The notes under the pieces: model-generated
The model's database searches: none
Told to the model about the DNA's origin: nothing
Seen by the model: the letters and a program-made list of their open reading frames with translations, nothing else
From: a virus
Virus genome (UHGV): UHGV-1374396
Length of the DNA: 64,000 nucleotides
Reading direction: 5' to 3' (one strand)
In this document: piece by piece, positions 1 through 8,477 of the stretch
How positions within the stretch are numbered: the stretch's first letter is position 1
How the letters are laid out: each line of letters opens with the position of its first letter
Program-made: the position numbers and the translations under genes

Positions 1-433
1 GTACCAAAGCTTCTCCAGCTTTTAGTTGAACTGGTCTGCATGATGTATTATATACACATAGGTTATATTCTCCAGTATAAGGTGAATCACCTACTTGAGC
101 AGTGAATATTAAACCTTGTTTAGAACTTCTACCTGATTTATTTGCTACTATCAGAGCTGAATTAATAGGCTCTGCCAATATTCTAATACCACTTGGTAGA
201 TTGATTCTTGTGTTTGGTCCAAGGAAGATATCAGTAACATTACCTTCATTGTAAGCTAGACTTACTGTGTTTTCTGTATTTGCTACTTCTGATATTTCTA
301 AATGAGGGTTACTCAATGCAATATCAGACAGTTTAAAATCCTCTGGTATGTAGAAATCCAAACCAGCATCACCAACATTATTTCTTGTTGGTTCATGTAC
401 TTTACGTACTTTTACGAATCTAATTCTTTCCAT
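1..433 (-). CDS. dut: dUTP diphosphatase (dUTPase), partial: N-terminus in window, C-terminus beyond window start
   Basis: Manual translation of the minus strand from the ATG (plus cat 431-433) gives MERIRFVKVRKVHEPTRNNVGDAGLDFY...ILAEPINSALIVANKSGRSSKQGLIF..AQVGDSPYTGEY. The DAGLD and G(V/Q)(I/V)D..Y.GE motifs are typical of the dUTPase/dCTP-deaminase fold. Not in the ORF track because it is truncated. Confidence 0.55.
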   Translation of the reverse strand, partial: MERIRFVKVRKVHEPTRNNVGDAGLDFYIPEDFKLSDIALSNPHLEISEVANTENTVSLAYNEGNVTDIFLGPNTRINLPSGIRILAEPINSALIVANKSGRSSKQGLIFTAQVGDSPYTGEYNLCVYNTSCRPVQLKAGEALV

Positions 434-698
434 GTTGTAAACTTTTTATGTTTGAAAAATTATGAACTTTATCTATAAGGTCTCCATAGGTAATACCATC
501 ATGGTATGTAAATTTCAAATCGAATACAGTCTTATCCAATTCATCATTTATACTTTTTATGATATGAACCATATCTTTCTTATTACCTATGATATCTTCT
601 AATTTGCATTCTCTACCAACCCATTGATTTGGGTTGTTCATATACCTTGAAAGTATTCGTGTTATTATAGGGATAACAATTTCTGTAACTTTGTACAT
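420..698 (-). CDS. hypothetical protein (92 aa)
   Basis: ORF in co-directional minus-strand gene train; no recognisable motif. Confidence 0.4.
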   Translation of the reverse strand: MYKVTEIVIPIITRILSRYMNNPNQWVGRECKLEDIIGNKKDMVHIIKSINDELDKTVFDLKFTYHDGITYGDLIDKVHNFSNIKSLQHGKN

Positions 699-1078
699 CA
701 GCTTATCTCCTTATATATTTTACGTATTATCTTAGTTGGTACTTCAAACTTATTACTAGCTTTGCTTATACACTCTTTACGTGTATACCCTTTTCTTTTA
801 TATATTCGTAAGTATTTTTTAATACCTGTTACATCTTCTAATACGTCTAAATCCTTATACTGATTTTCTTCTTCTAACTCTTTACGAGTTTTATTAAGTA
901 GTTGGCTCATTCTGTAAGCACATAATTCAGAATCACCACATAACTTACACTCTTTAGTACTTAAGTCATATGCTTTACCAAAGCAAGGGTCTCCATTACC
1001 ACCTATTGATGTTAGGTCTATAGGTACTAATGGGTCATGACTACTTAAATCTGGTAATTGTTTTTGTTTCTTTGCCAT
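698..1078 (-). CDS. hypothetical protein with a Cys cluster (CxxC..C)
   Basis: ORF tightly packed with neighbours (stop/start overlap at 698); CFGKAYDLSTKECKLCGDSELC segment. Confidence 0.45.
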   Translation of the reverse strand: MAKKQKQLPDLSSHDPLVPIDLTSIGGNGDPCFGKAYDLSTKECKLCGDSELCAYRMSQLLNKTRKELEEENQYKDLDVLEDVTGIKKYLRIYKRKGYTRKECISKASNKFEVPTKIIRKIYKEIS

Positions 1079-1120
1079 TGTATATGTTGTTATTTTATTT
1101 ACTTATTATATAATTGATAC

Positions 1121-2953
1121 CTAGTACTCCTTAACTGTAAGACCTAATTTCTTAGCTTTCAGCATTTTACTTGAGGTAGAGTTTATGTCTCCAGTAAATA
1201 TAATCTTGGCTTCACTAAAAGACGAGGTTTCCTTATATTCGGGATTAGCTTTTAAAAACTCAGCTTTAGTTTTATATTGTTTTGGACTACCAGTAAGTAT
1301 ACATAAAGTTTGATTTGATTCCTCTAGATGAAAATCTTCTATGCCCTTGTGCATTGATTTTAGTAACTTATTTAATTTTCTAAATTCTTTGGAATCCTTT
1401 GATAAAACCCATTCGGTTTTATAATTAGGTAGTTTACCCTCTCCGGTAAGTATTATACGTTCTAATATATTGCATACCTTTGGTCCGTGTGAATCAAGGC
1501 ACATAGTTTGTATTATCTTAGCAAGAGTAATATCCTGGAGTATCTTCTTGAATTCAGTGTATATTTTCTTACCTAATAAAGTAGGTATAGCTCTTTTTAT
1601 AACCTTAGGTTTTACTCTAAGTATATTTGAGACAACTTTGCCATTCTCTTTTAGGTATTCATATAATTGTTCTGATAATGCAGGACCTAACCCTGGTACA
1701 GATAGTATATCACATGAATTTAAGAATTTATTCTTTATACCTTGGTCTTTTGATAGTACAGCATAAGCATGACAATCTTTAACTGTAAATTCTCTTTTTG
1801 GTAGAGGTAGATTCTCTCCAAAGGTTTTTACCTTATAAATAAAAGGTATAATATCTCCAGCTAATGAGATAACTATCTTTGAACCTATTCCAATGACCTT
1901 ATCTACTAAGAAACCATAGTTATGACCTGATACATTGGTTATAGTTTTACCATCAAGTACTACTGGTTTTACCTGCAGTGTTGGGTAGTATTCTCCAGTT
2001 TTACCAAGATTCCAGTTTATATTAACTACCGTAGTCTCGGCTACCATTGGTTCAAACTTGATAGCTATACAATCTGAAGGATATTCTGTTGGTACCTTAT
2101 CTCTATGATTTGAACTTGGTTTTATTACGAACCCATCTAATGGGAATTTATACTCAGACCTGAAGTTTGATAGAGTGTAGTATACTTCCTTGAACGAAGA
2201 TTTTAATAGTCCATCAGAGAAGATAAATGTTGCTGGATAAGGTATACCAGTTTTACCTACCCTAGATACTACATCTTTATCATCTAAGTCAACTAAGGTA
2301 TTATCTTTGATGTATCTGTAATCATAAATAACGTACTCAAGGTCAGAAGCTTTCTTGAATTCTACTTCGTTAGAATCATCATAATCAGAGTTTACCATAC
2401 CCGATACGAAAGACCTTGGGTTCTTAAACTCCTCTGAGTATTTCTTTTCGAAGGTATCTTTACTTATTAATACCTCTCCTCTGAGAATAAAGCATTCATA
2501 GTCTTTAAACGCATTAAAGTCAATTGGTTGTTTGATTAGCATAGTTCTCATCAAACTATAAATATCTTTTCCCCAATTACCATCACCTCGAGTTGATACC
2601 GAGAAGAGTTTTCCGTACTTTACTACCATTTCAAAAGAACACCCATCATACTTGGGTGTAACAATTACTGAGTGTTTCTTAATTACGTCTGGTAATTGTT
2701 TATACAGATCACCCCAATCTGATGTTTTATGTACCTGTATCTTATTTAATGAGCCCATAATAAATGGGTGAGGTACAGTATAATTATTACTGGTAGAAGG
2801 TGCACCAATCAATCTATTTTCCATGCCTAGCTTTTTCTCTAGAGCATCGAATTCAATATCGGGCATTATCTCTTCTCCATTATAGTAAGCTTCTCTGGCC
2901 TTTATATATAATTTAAGGTCTTTCTTTAAGTTTGACTTTGTCATAATATCCAC
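1121..2953 (-). CDS. ligA: NAD-dependent DNA ligase (LigA family)
   Basis: N-terminal Ia-like segment AREAYYNGEEIMPDIEFDALEKKL; HPFIMGSLNK (LigA HPxPMLSL motif); adenylation motif TPKYDGCSF (KxDG); 610 aa. Confidence 0.8.
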   Translation of the reverse strand: MDIMTKSNLKKDLKLYIKAREAYYNGEEIMPDIEFDALEKKLGMENRLIGAPSTSNNYTVPHPFIMGSLNKIQVHKTSDWGDLYKQLPDVIKKHSVIVTPKYDGCSFEMVVKYGKLFSVSTRGDGNWGKDIYSLMRTMLIKQPIDFNAFKDYECFILRGEVLISKDTFEKKYSEEFKNPRSFVSGMVNSDYDDSNEVEFKKASDLEYVIYDYRYIKDNTLVDLDDKDVVSRVGKTGIPYPATFIFSDGLLKSSFKEVYYTLSNFRSEYKFPLDGFVIKPSSNHRDKVPTEYPSDCIAIKFEPMVAETTVVNINWNLGKTGEYYPTLQVKPVVLDGKTITNVSGHNYGFLVDKVIGIGSKIVISLAGDIIPFIYKVKTFGENLPLPKREFTVKDCHAYAVLSKDQGIKNKFLNSCDILSVPGLGPALSEQLYEYLKENGKVVSNILRVKPKVIKRAIPTLLGKKIYTEFKKILQDITLAKIIQTMCLDSHGPKVCNILERIILTGEGKLPNYKTEWVLSKDSKEFRKLNKLLKSMHKGIEDFHLEESNQTLCILTGSPKQYKTKAEFLKANPEYKETSSFSEAKIIFTGDINSTSSKMLKAKKLGLTVKEY

Positions 2954-3443
2954 AGTTTATTAATTCATGACAACCATTACGGTATAAACAATCAGGTACC
3001 ATAACCTTAGCAACATGAGGGTCTACTAATTTTATGGCTTTCTTTAATAGATGAGTGAACTTTCTTGTTTCTGGTGAAGCATGAAAGCAAAGTCTCTTCC
3101 TACCTATAAAGATTAGAGCTTGAGCATTAATTAGGAAGCTCAGATTAACTGGGTCTGTTTGTCTACGTTCTTCTCGTTTAACTCCAGTACGGTCTTCTCT
3201 TGAGGTACCTACAAACCATTCAACCCCTAACTTATGTCTTACTAAGTGATTCTGAACATAATAAGGGATTCCTTCACATTGTACTAGAAAGGTTAATGCT
3301 CTAATAGGAGAATGTTCTGCCTGGAGCATTTTATCTTTCCATACATCTGCAACTGTATTAGTTACTACTTTCTTGTTAACTGTTTGCAATGCAAGCTCTT
3401 TAACTACATCCCAACCAATTAACTGTCTAGCTGTTATTTTCAT
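2913..3443 (-). CDS. compact ThyX-like (flavin-dependent thymidylate synthase family) protein
   Basis: By-eye alignment to the ThyX core: EHSPIRALTF vs FEHIVFTF; VQNHLVRHK vs ARQWFRHR; TSRE vs SGRY; NLSFLINAQALIFIGRKRLCFHASPETRKF vs [31 protein letters not shown]. Only 176 aa (lacks the ThyX N-terminal segment). Confidence 0.5.
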   Translation of the reverse strand: MKITARQLIGWDVVKELALQTVNKKVVTNTVADVWKDKMLQAEHSPIRALTFLVQCEGIPYYVQNHLVRHKLGVEWFVGTSREDRTGVKREERRQTDPVNLSFLINAQALIFIGRKRLCFHASPETRKFTHLLKKAIKLVDPHVAKVMVPDCLYRNGCHELINCGYYDKVKLKERP

Positions 3444-3682
3444 CTCTTCTTGTATATTAAACTTTTTAGATATAGTTCTAATTTATTCTTATCGTTACTG
3501 AGTTGTTGTAACTTATCTAGCATATCATCCTCTAAAACTCTTTTAGTTACTGTATGTAATTTAAGGCTTTGTGATATATTCTGTGTTACAAAAGAGAACC
3601 TCATCTGTGTAACAAATCCTGTATTAGTAACGGTATAGATAATAGGTACTCCATTAATCTCTATTTGAGTTGGTTTAGCCAT
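3440..3682 (-). CDS. hypothetical protein (80 aa)
   Basis: ORF with start/stop overlap to both neighbours (operon-like packing). Confidence 0.4.
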   Translation of the reverse strand: MAKPTQIEINGVPIIYTVTNTGFVTQMRFSFVTQNISQSLKLHTVTKRVLEDDMLDKLQQLSNDKNKLELYLKSLIYKKR

Positions 3683-4305
3683 TATTCGTATGATATAGAT
3701 TTTAGTTGTTGCATAAATATTTTCACAGAAGTCTGTAGGTTGTTTCTCCAGTATTCTGGAATCTCATCTAGTGGACTACCTTCTCCTGGTATATATGCTA
3801 GCATTATAGCTCCGATAGCATCTAACATCTTATGATGAGGTGATACATGTCTTTCCCAATCTGGTAATCGTTGTTGGATTAGAGCATTCATGTCTCTGTT
3901 GTATTGCTTAGCAACTTGTATCATCATTATCGCTGTTAGAGCATTGTTGATTACCTCTAAGTATTCCTGAGATTCATATACCTTGAGTAGAGCATTGTTC
4001 ATTGTGTAGAAGAGTTGAGTAAGGTGTATGTTCATTAGTCCTCTCCACTCTTCTGATTTAACCTTGATGTAATCGATGTTCTTTTGGTCTAGATTTAGAC
4101 GTAGTTCATAGTACCAGTTAGCTTTGATATCGTTAAGCCTACGGCTTAGTTTGATGGTATCTGGTACTCTGTGATCTCTACACCAAGATTGAACCTTGTC
4201 TGAATAATATAGTACTGTATCGATTATCATGTTAGGTGTAAAACATATACGCATGTGTTCATCAAACGTAAATGAATCTAACATACTCTTTAAGTCTTTG
4301 TTCAT
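3682..4305 (-). CDS. hypothetical protein (207 aa)
   Basis: Long ORF in minus-strand train; no motif recognised. Confidence 0.5.
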   Translation of the reverse strand: MNKDLKSMLDSFTFDEHMRICFTPNMIIDTVLYYSDKVQSWCRDHRVPDTIKLSRRLNDIKANWYYELRLNLDQKNIDYIKVKSEEWRGLMNIHLTQLFYTMNNALLKVYESQEYLEVINNALTAIMMIQVAKQYNRDMNALIQQRLPDWERHVSPHHKMLDAIGAIMLAYIPGEGSPLDEIPEYWRNNLQTSVKIFMQQLKSISYE

Positions 4306-4308
4306 AGT

Positions 4309-4380
4309 CTATTTATTTGGGTTATTTAGTAGTGTTATTATACCTAACACTAATGTTATAAATATTAATACGTAGTGCAT
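4309..4380 (-). CDS. tiny hydrophobic peptide (23 aa, MHYVLIFITLVLGIITLLNNPNK)
   Basis: Manual translation; one predicted TM helix; member of a tandem run of four tiny ORFs. Could be AT-richness artefact. Confidence 0.2.
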   Translation of the reverse strand: MHYVLIFITLVLGIITLLNNPNK

Positions 4381-4392
4381 TATACACATAAT

Positions 4393-4527
4393 CTAATCCT
4401 CCTTATCTTTAGAGATACTATCTATGTATCCCTTGAATGCTAAAAATAAAATCAATGTACCCATTAAAGCCATTAACCCTAAGAGTACATATATTAAAGT
4501 TAATTCTAACGAAGTTGGTTGTTCCAT
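4393..4527 (-). CDS. tiny membrane peptide (44 aa, MEQPTSLELTLIYVLLGLMALMGTLILFLAFKGYIDSISKDKED)
   Basis: Manual translation; single TM helix with a charged C-terminus. Confidence 0.3.
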   Translation of the reverse strand: MEQPTSLELTLIYVLLGLMALMGTLILFLAFKGYIDSISKDKED

Positions 4528-4530
4528 ATC

Positions 4531-4614
4531 TTATCTATTAGAGTCGTCAATAATAATGATAAATAGTACAATGAATATAAGTGTTATTAGTAAACATAGT
4601 AATACAGGTCCCAT
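4531..4614 (-). CDS. tiny membrane peptide (27 aa, MGPVLLCLLITLIFIVLFIIIIDDSNR)
   Basis: Manual translation; the ATG lies 2 nt after the stop of the upstream tiny ORF. Confidence 0.25.
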   Translation of the reverse strand: MGPVLLCLLITLIFIVLFIIIIDDSNR

Positions 4615-4616
4615 AG

Positions 4617-4733
4617 TTAATCCTTTCTTTTATAAATATCTCTTAATGTGCAAAATACTAATAAGCTAATCATTAAGCTTATGGTACCCATGAAACCGTA
4701 GACTAGTACGTAATCTAATGTTGTTGCTTTCAT
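4617..4733 (-). CDS. tiny membrane peptide (38 aa, MKATTLDYVLVYGFMGTISLMISLLVFCTLRDIYKRKD)
   Basis: Manual translation; single TM helix plus a basic tail. Confidence 0.3.
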   Translation of the reverse strand: MKATTLDYVLVYGFMGTISLMISLLVFCTLRDIYKRKD

Positions 4734-4932
4734 ATTTATTTAATTTAATGTTTATATATTCCTATAGAAATGAAAAGAACTACTTGAGTAGAGATTGTTA
4801 CTCTATTCTTGTAGTCCTTAATATTTAACGTTATTGCTTAGTGCCTTATGCCTTGGCTTTAGCGATTAGCCCTTAGCCTTACTTATTTATCTCCTACGGA
4901 AATAAATATGTAATCATTTAGTCATCAAGAAT

Positions 4933-6420
4933 CTAGAACGGTAAGTAGAGATCTGAGTATCTTTTATATCTATTCCAGATCTTGCGTAGATTGATGACTT
5001 TTAATTTTTCTCTTCTATAATATCGGGCTCTTCGTTTACTATGCCTTGATAAATAATTATTACCGTTATACTGTATATCATCTAGGTATACTTTATTCTT
5101 ACCTTCGAATAAACGAACCAATCTACCTAATAACTGTATGGTTTTTTCTTCGGATGACATACCTGCAGCATTTACCATATAACGTAGTTTAGGGAAGTTT
5201 TTACCTCTTGATATAAGTGTAGTTGAAACCAATATGTCTATGTCTCCATCCCTAAACCTTTTCATTATTTGGTTTCTCTTTACTTTATTAGTATTTACGT
5301 GTACATATTCTATCTTATATTTGCTTCCTAGTTCTTTATAAATATAATTATATAACTTCTCACAGTGTTTAATATGCTTGCATACTATGAGTGCTGGTAA
5401 ATTGCCATATTTGATAGCTTTCTTTAATCTATCGTATACGCATTTATAACCATATACGTTATTGGTTATGTATTTATCGTATTCCTCCTTATAATCTCTA
5501 ATGTACTCATTTGAAGGTAAGTACCAAGGTTCTGTATCTACTAATTTAACGATTACGTTAGTAGAATAACCTTTCTTTATTGAATCTTTTAATCTGAATT
5601 CCGATATCTTCTGCCCGAAGTAAGCTTCCAGGTTCATATTCTTTAATAAGTCTCTCTTCAAGGCAGATACATAGATTGTACCTGATAAACCTAACCTTAC
5701 TCTAGTGTTATACAAATGAGATAATACTGATTGATAAGATTTACTTCCTGCTAAATCTGCCTCGTCGACTAGTACCATATCTACCTTGGCTAATTCTCTC
5801 TGATAAACCTTTATGTTTCTAGATATGGATTGAACCATACCTATACTGAAGTTAGACCAGTTAGTAACCTTACTACCTTGAACGAAAGTTATATCTTCTC
5901 CAGGTAAGTATTCCTTAAATTCTGATTTAGCTTGTTGTAACCAATCGGAATCGTTAGTTATCAATAAAGTCCTAAGCTTCTTACCAAAACTGTAGTATAG
6001 TGCTGACATTATTAGAGTTTTTCCAAAACCTACGTTCAAATCTAGAACACCAATATAATAAGGTACGTTATCTATTTTATTAGCTAATATTTGTTCCAAT
6101 ACTTTAAACTGTTCGGCTCTTAGTTTAAAGTCTCCTACAGTTTTTACTGCCTTAGCATTTGGGATAGGTAAACGTTTATCTATTACGTTTACTTTTAATT
6201 TTTGCTCTTTACACCATTTATATATTCTTGGTAGTAGACCTATCTTGAACTTACCATATTTATTTAAGAAGTGAACTTTACCGTCCCATTCTTTTATCTT
6301 ACCTCTTAGATAAAAGGCATTAGGGTGTCTTACTGATAGTTCTTGATACAACTTTAGAGCATACTTCTGTGGTATGTCTAAGGTACACTCGTTACAGTTA
6401 TTAATTATTATATTACTCAT
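4933..6420 (-). CDS. superfamily-2 DEAD/DEAH-type helicase
   Basis: Walker A GFGKT; literal DEAD box (VLVDEADLAG); motif III LGLSGT; motif VI QLLGRLVR. Confidence 0.7.
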   Translation of the reverse strand: MSNIIINNCNECTLDIPQKYALKLYQELSVRHPNAFYLRGKIKEWDGKVHFLNKYGKFKIGLLPRIYKWCKEQKLKVNVIDKRLPIPNAKAVKTVGDFKLRAEQFKVLEQILANKIDNVPYYIGVLDLNVGFGKTLIMSALYYSFGKKLRTLLITNDSDWLQQAKSEFKEYLPGEDITFVQGSKVTNWSNFSIGMVQSISRNIKVYQRELAKVDMVLVDEADLAGSKSYQSVLSHLYNTRVRLGLSGTIYVSALKRDLLKNMNLEAYFGQKISEFRLKDSIKKGYSTNVIVKLVDTEPWYLPSNEYIRDYKEEYDKYITNNVYGYKCVYDRLKKAIKYGNLPALIVCKHIKHCEKLYNYIYKELGSKYKIEYVHVNTNKVKRNQIMKRFRDGDIDILVSTTLISRGKNFPKLRYMVNAAGMSSEEKTIQLLGRLVRLFEGKNKVYLDDIQYNGNNYLSRHSKRRARYYRREKLKVINLRKIWNRYKRYSDLYLPF

Positions 6421-7267
6421 CGTCTTTATTTATTAAGTTCCACAAACTGTCTTGGACCTTAGGTCCATCTACTTTCGATTTTTGTTTATATTTGAATATG
6501 TATTTTACATAATACTGTTTCATTTTATCTGTTAAGAATCTTGAAGGTTCAGGTAGACCATTGCACCAAGCCAAACCTTCAAACATTGCATCTATATAAT
6601 CCTTGTAGTCTATGTTGTTAGATAAGCAGTAGTCTTTTAATTGTACAAAGTGGGAGTACTCTGAGGGGTTGTTACGATAGTCTTCTCTTAACCCTGTTCT
6701 TTCTGCTATGACTGATACATAGTAATTATGTATCTTCTCTGTAAGATCTCTGTCTGTATCTGAGTGTAGATTATGTTTAGCTTCCTTGTAGTCTACTATA
6801 TCTTGATACATATTAGGTAATAGGTTTATAGCTCTCTTGGTATTCTTACCTAATAATATGAAACCCGTCTTAATGTAATCTATGAAACCTTCTCTTGGTT
6901 TCATATTGTACTCTTTACTATACTCATTACATATATCGGCTAATTTCTTACATTGAAGCCAAGCTCTTCCACTGTTCTGATTAGGTTTTCTAACACCTCT
7001 ATGATTAAGAGATTTTCTTACAGTGTAATAGATGTCTGCTGCCAAGTAAGCATCTCCTGTAGTAGATTTAGTTAACCGTTCAGCTACCCTTTCAGATACT
7101 TTATTGGTTACTACCATTGCTCTTGAATTGTTGTTATATTTAACGGCTAATTCGAAGAATTTATTAATAGGAAACCTTTTCTTACCCAGTTCCATTAACA
7201 CAGAACGAAAGTCTTCACGGGTAAGATGAAGACTTGGTTCTCTTTCTATTTTCTGTTTCTTTGCCAT
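6413..7267 (-). CDS. hypothetical protein (284 aa), replication-module neighbour
   Basis: Long ORF between the helicase and primase genes; no motif recognised. Confidence 0.5.
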   Translation of the reverse strand: MAKKQKIEREPSLHLTREDFRSVLMELGKKRFPINKFFELAVKYNNNSRAMVVTNKVSERVAERLTKSTTGDAYLAADIYYTVRKSLNHRGVRKPNQNSGRAWLQCKKLADICNEYSKEYNMKPREGFIDYIKTGFILLGKNTKRAINLLPNMYQDIVDYKEAKHNLHSDTDRDLTEKIHNYYVSVIAERTGLREDYRNNPSEYSHFVQLKDYCLSNNIDYKDYIDAMFEGLAWCNGLPEPSRFLTDKMKQYYVKYIFKYKQKSKVDGPKVQDSLWNLINKDDE

Positions 7268-7295
7268 ATTTAGTATATTATATAATTATATAAAA

Positions 7296-8246
7296 TCATA
7301 GTTCATTTTTAAGCTTTTGTAGCTCTCTATATGATTGATACTTAGTATTATATATGTACTTAAGAGTTTTTTTCTTGCCTAAATCATTAACATCTTTACC
7401 TTCTGGTAAGTATACTACCTTTACCGATTTATAATGAACTAATTTCATTGCTAATTCTATGGCATATTTCTTTGCATCGGGGTCTAGTAGTATTATTATT
7501 CTTTCTACGGGAGATTTTATTATCTCATTTATTTGATAAGCCGATACAGCCTTACCCATAGTAGCTATACCTTGTTCTCCCATAGTTAAAGCATTTATAG
7601 CTCCCTCGCATAGAAATACCTTCTTATACATACCAAGTGCATCATGATTAAATATGATAAACTCCTTTCCGAGACCCGTTATATCTTTGTTTGGGTTATT
7701 GTATCTTGGACCATTACTCATTACAGCTCTGGCATTATAGTACCTTAGTTCTCCATTGTAATAAAAAGGTATAACCAAGTAACCATAAAGAGAACCAGTA
7801 GTACAATAACCAATACCAACTCTACTGGCATATTTAATATCAAATCCTCGTTTCTTAACATAACCTCTCATTGATTTAGCTAATTGTGATTTACCTATTG
7901 CTATGTTCTTGAAACCTTCTGGTAGATATACAGGTTTCTTTTCCAATAGTTCAACCTTCTCTTCCTTGAAGGTTAGTTCAGTAAAATCACCGTTATTTAA
8001 AAATGCAGTTAACTCAGCCCAGGTATCAAAACCCTCTATATCCATTACGAGTTGTGCTGGTGATACGTGAGCATTACATCTGAAACAGTTAGTTCTATAC
8101 ATAGTAAGGTTAACACCAAGCTTTTCATCTCTACCACAATAAGGGCAATGGTATAACCTTAACCAACCTTTCCTATATTCATGAGCTAACCCTCTCTTTA
8201 TAAAATATGTATAAAGTTTAGATTTAAACTGATTGGTAATTTTCAT
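7296..8246 (-). CDS. DNA primase (DnaG-type zinc ribbon plus TOPRIM)
   Basis: CPYCGRDEKLG...CFRCNAH zinc-binding cluster; TOPRIM-like FLCEGAINALT and ILLDPDAKK acidic motifs. Confidence 0.65.
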   Translation of the reverse strand: MKITNQFKSKLYTYFIKRGLAHEYRKGWLRLYHCPYCGRDEKLGVNLTMYRTNCFRCNAHVSPAQLVMDIEGFDTWAELTAFLNNGDFTELTFKEEKVELLEKKPVYLPEGFKNIAIGKSQLAKSMRGYVKKRGFDIKYASRVGIGYCTTGSLYGYLVIPFYYNGELRYYNARAVMSNGPRYNNPNKDITGLGKEFIIFNHDALGMYKKVFLCEGAINALTMGEQGIATMGKAVSAYQINEIIKSPVERIIILLDPDAKKYAIELAMKLVHYKSVKVVYLPEGKDVNDLGKKKTLKYIYNTKYQSYRELQKLKNEL

Positions 8247-8249
8247 ATA

Positions 8250-8477
8250 TTATATCCTTTGATGTAATTCTTTTATACGTTTACGTACTACCTTTCTTAA
8301 CTCTTTAAGATCACCTAACGTAAGATTATCTATAACTGAAATCTCTTTGTTATGTGTGAACTTTATATCAACAGATTTAACCTTTGCCTCATGTCTACAC
8401 TCATTGAAAGAGAACTTAATAATTTTACCTTTACCAGAAGAGGTTATCTTGTAATAATTTAGTTTATATGTCGCCAT
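8250..8477 (-). CDS. hypothetical protein (75 aa)
   Basis: Small ORF overlapping the helicase gene start by 14 nt. Confidence 0.4.
   Translation of the reverse strand: MATYKLNYYKITSSGKGKIIKFSFNECRHEAKVKSVDIKFTHNKEISVIDNLTLGDLKELRKVVRKRIKELHQRI

Noticed and set aside
1470-1766. Plus-strand ORFs embedded antisense in long minus-strand genes (1470..1766, 3450..3638, 15125..15454, 16218..16463, 17740..18045, 18353..18778, 19496..19816, 20099..20368, 20538..20831, 22463..22801, 26425..26637, 27102..27368, 30608..30952, 31621..32211, 32455..33117, 33466..34104, 35550..36269, 38742..38933, 40035..40241, 42267..42464, 42708..42935, 45383..45589, 58967..59239 etc.)
   Set aside because: All lie inside better-supported genes on the opposite strand, have Ser/Leu/Cys-rich low-complexity translations typical of antisense frames in AT-rich DNA, and lack promoter motifs.
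4424-4669. 81-aa plus-strand ORF in the 4.3-4.9 kb gap
   Set aside because: The minus strand here encodes a coherent tandem of ATG-initiated mini membrane ORFs with tight spacing in the prevailing transcription direction; the plus ORF is likely the antisense artefact.
4740-4932. CCTTAG/GCCTTA-rich stretch downstream of the helicase gene, considered as tRNA or terminator
   Set aside because: No stable stem-loop or tRNA-like structure recognisable; looks like a simple low-complexity 3' UTR.
698-7267. Shared MAKKQK N-termini of the 126-aa (698..1078) and 284-aa (6413..7267) proteins, considered as a paralogous module
   Set aside because: Only six residues; downstream sequences unrelated; likely coincidence of Lys-rich starts in AT-rich genes.
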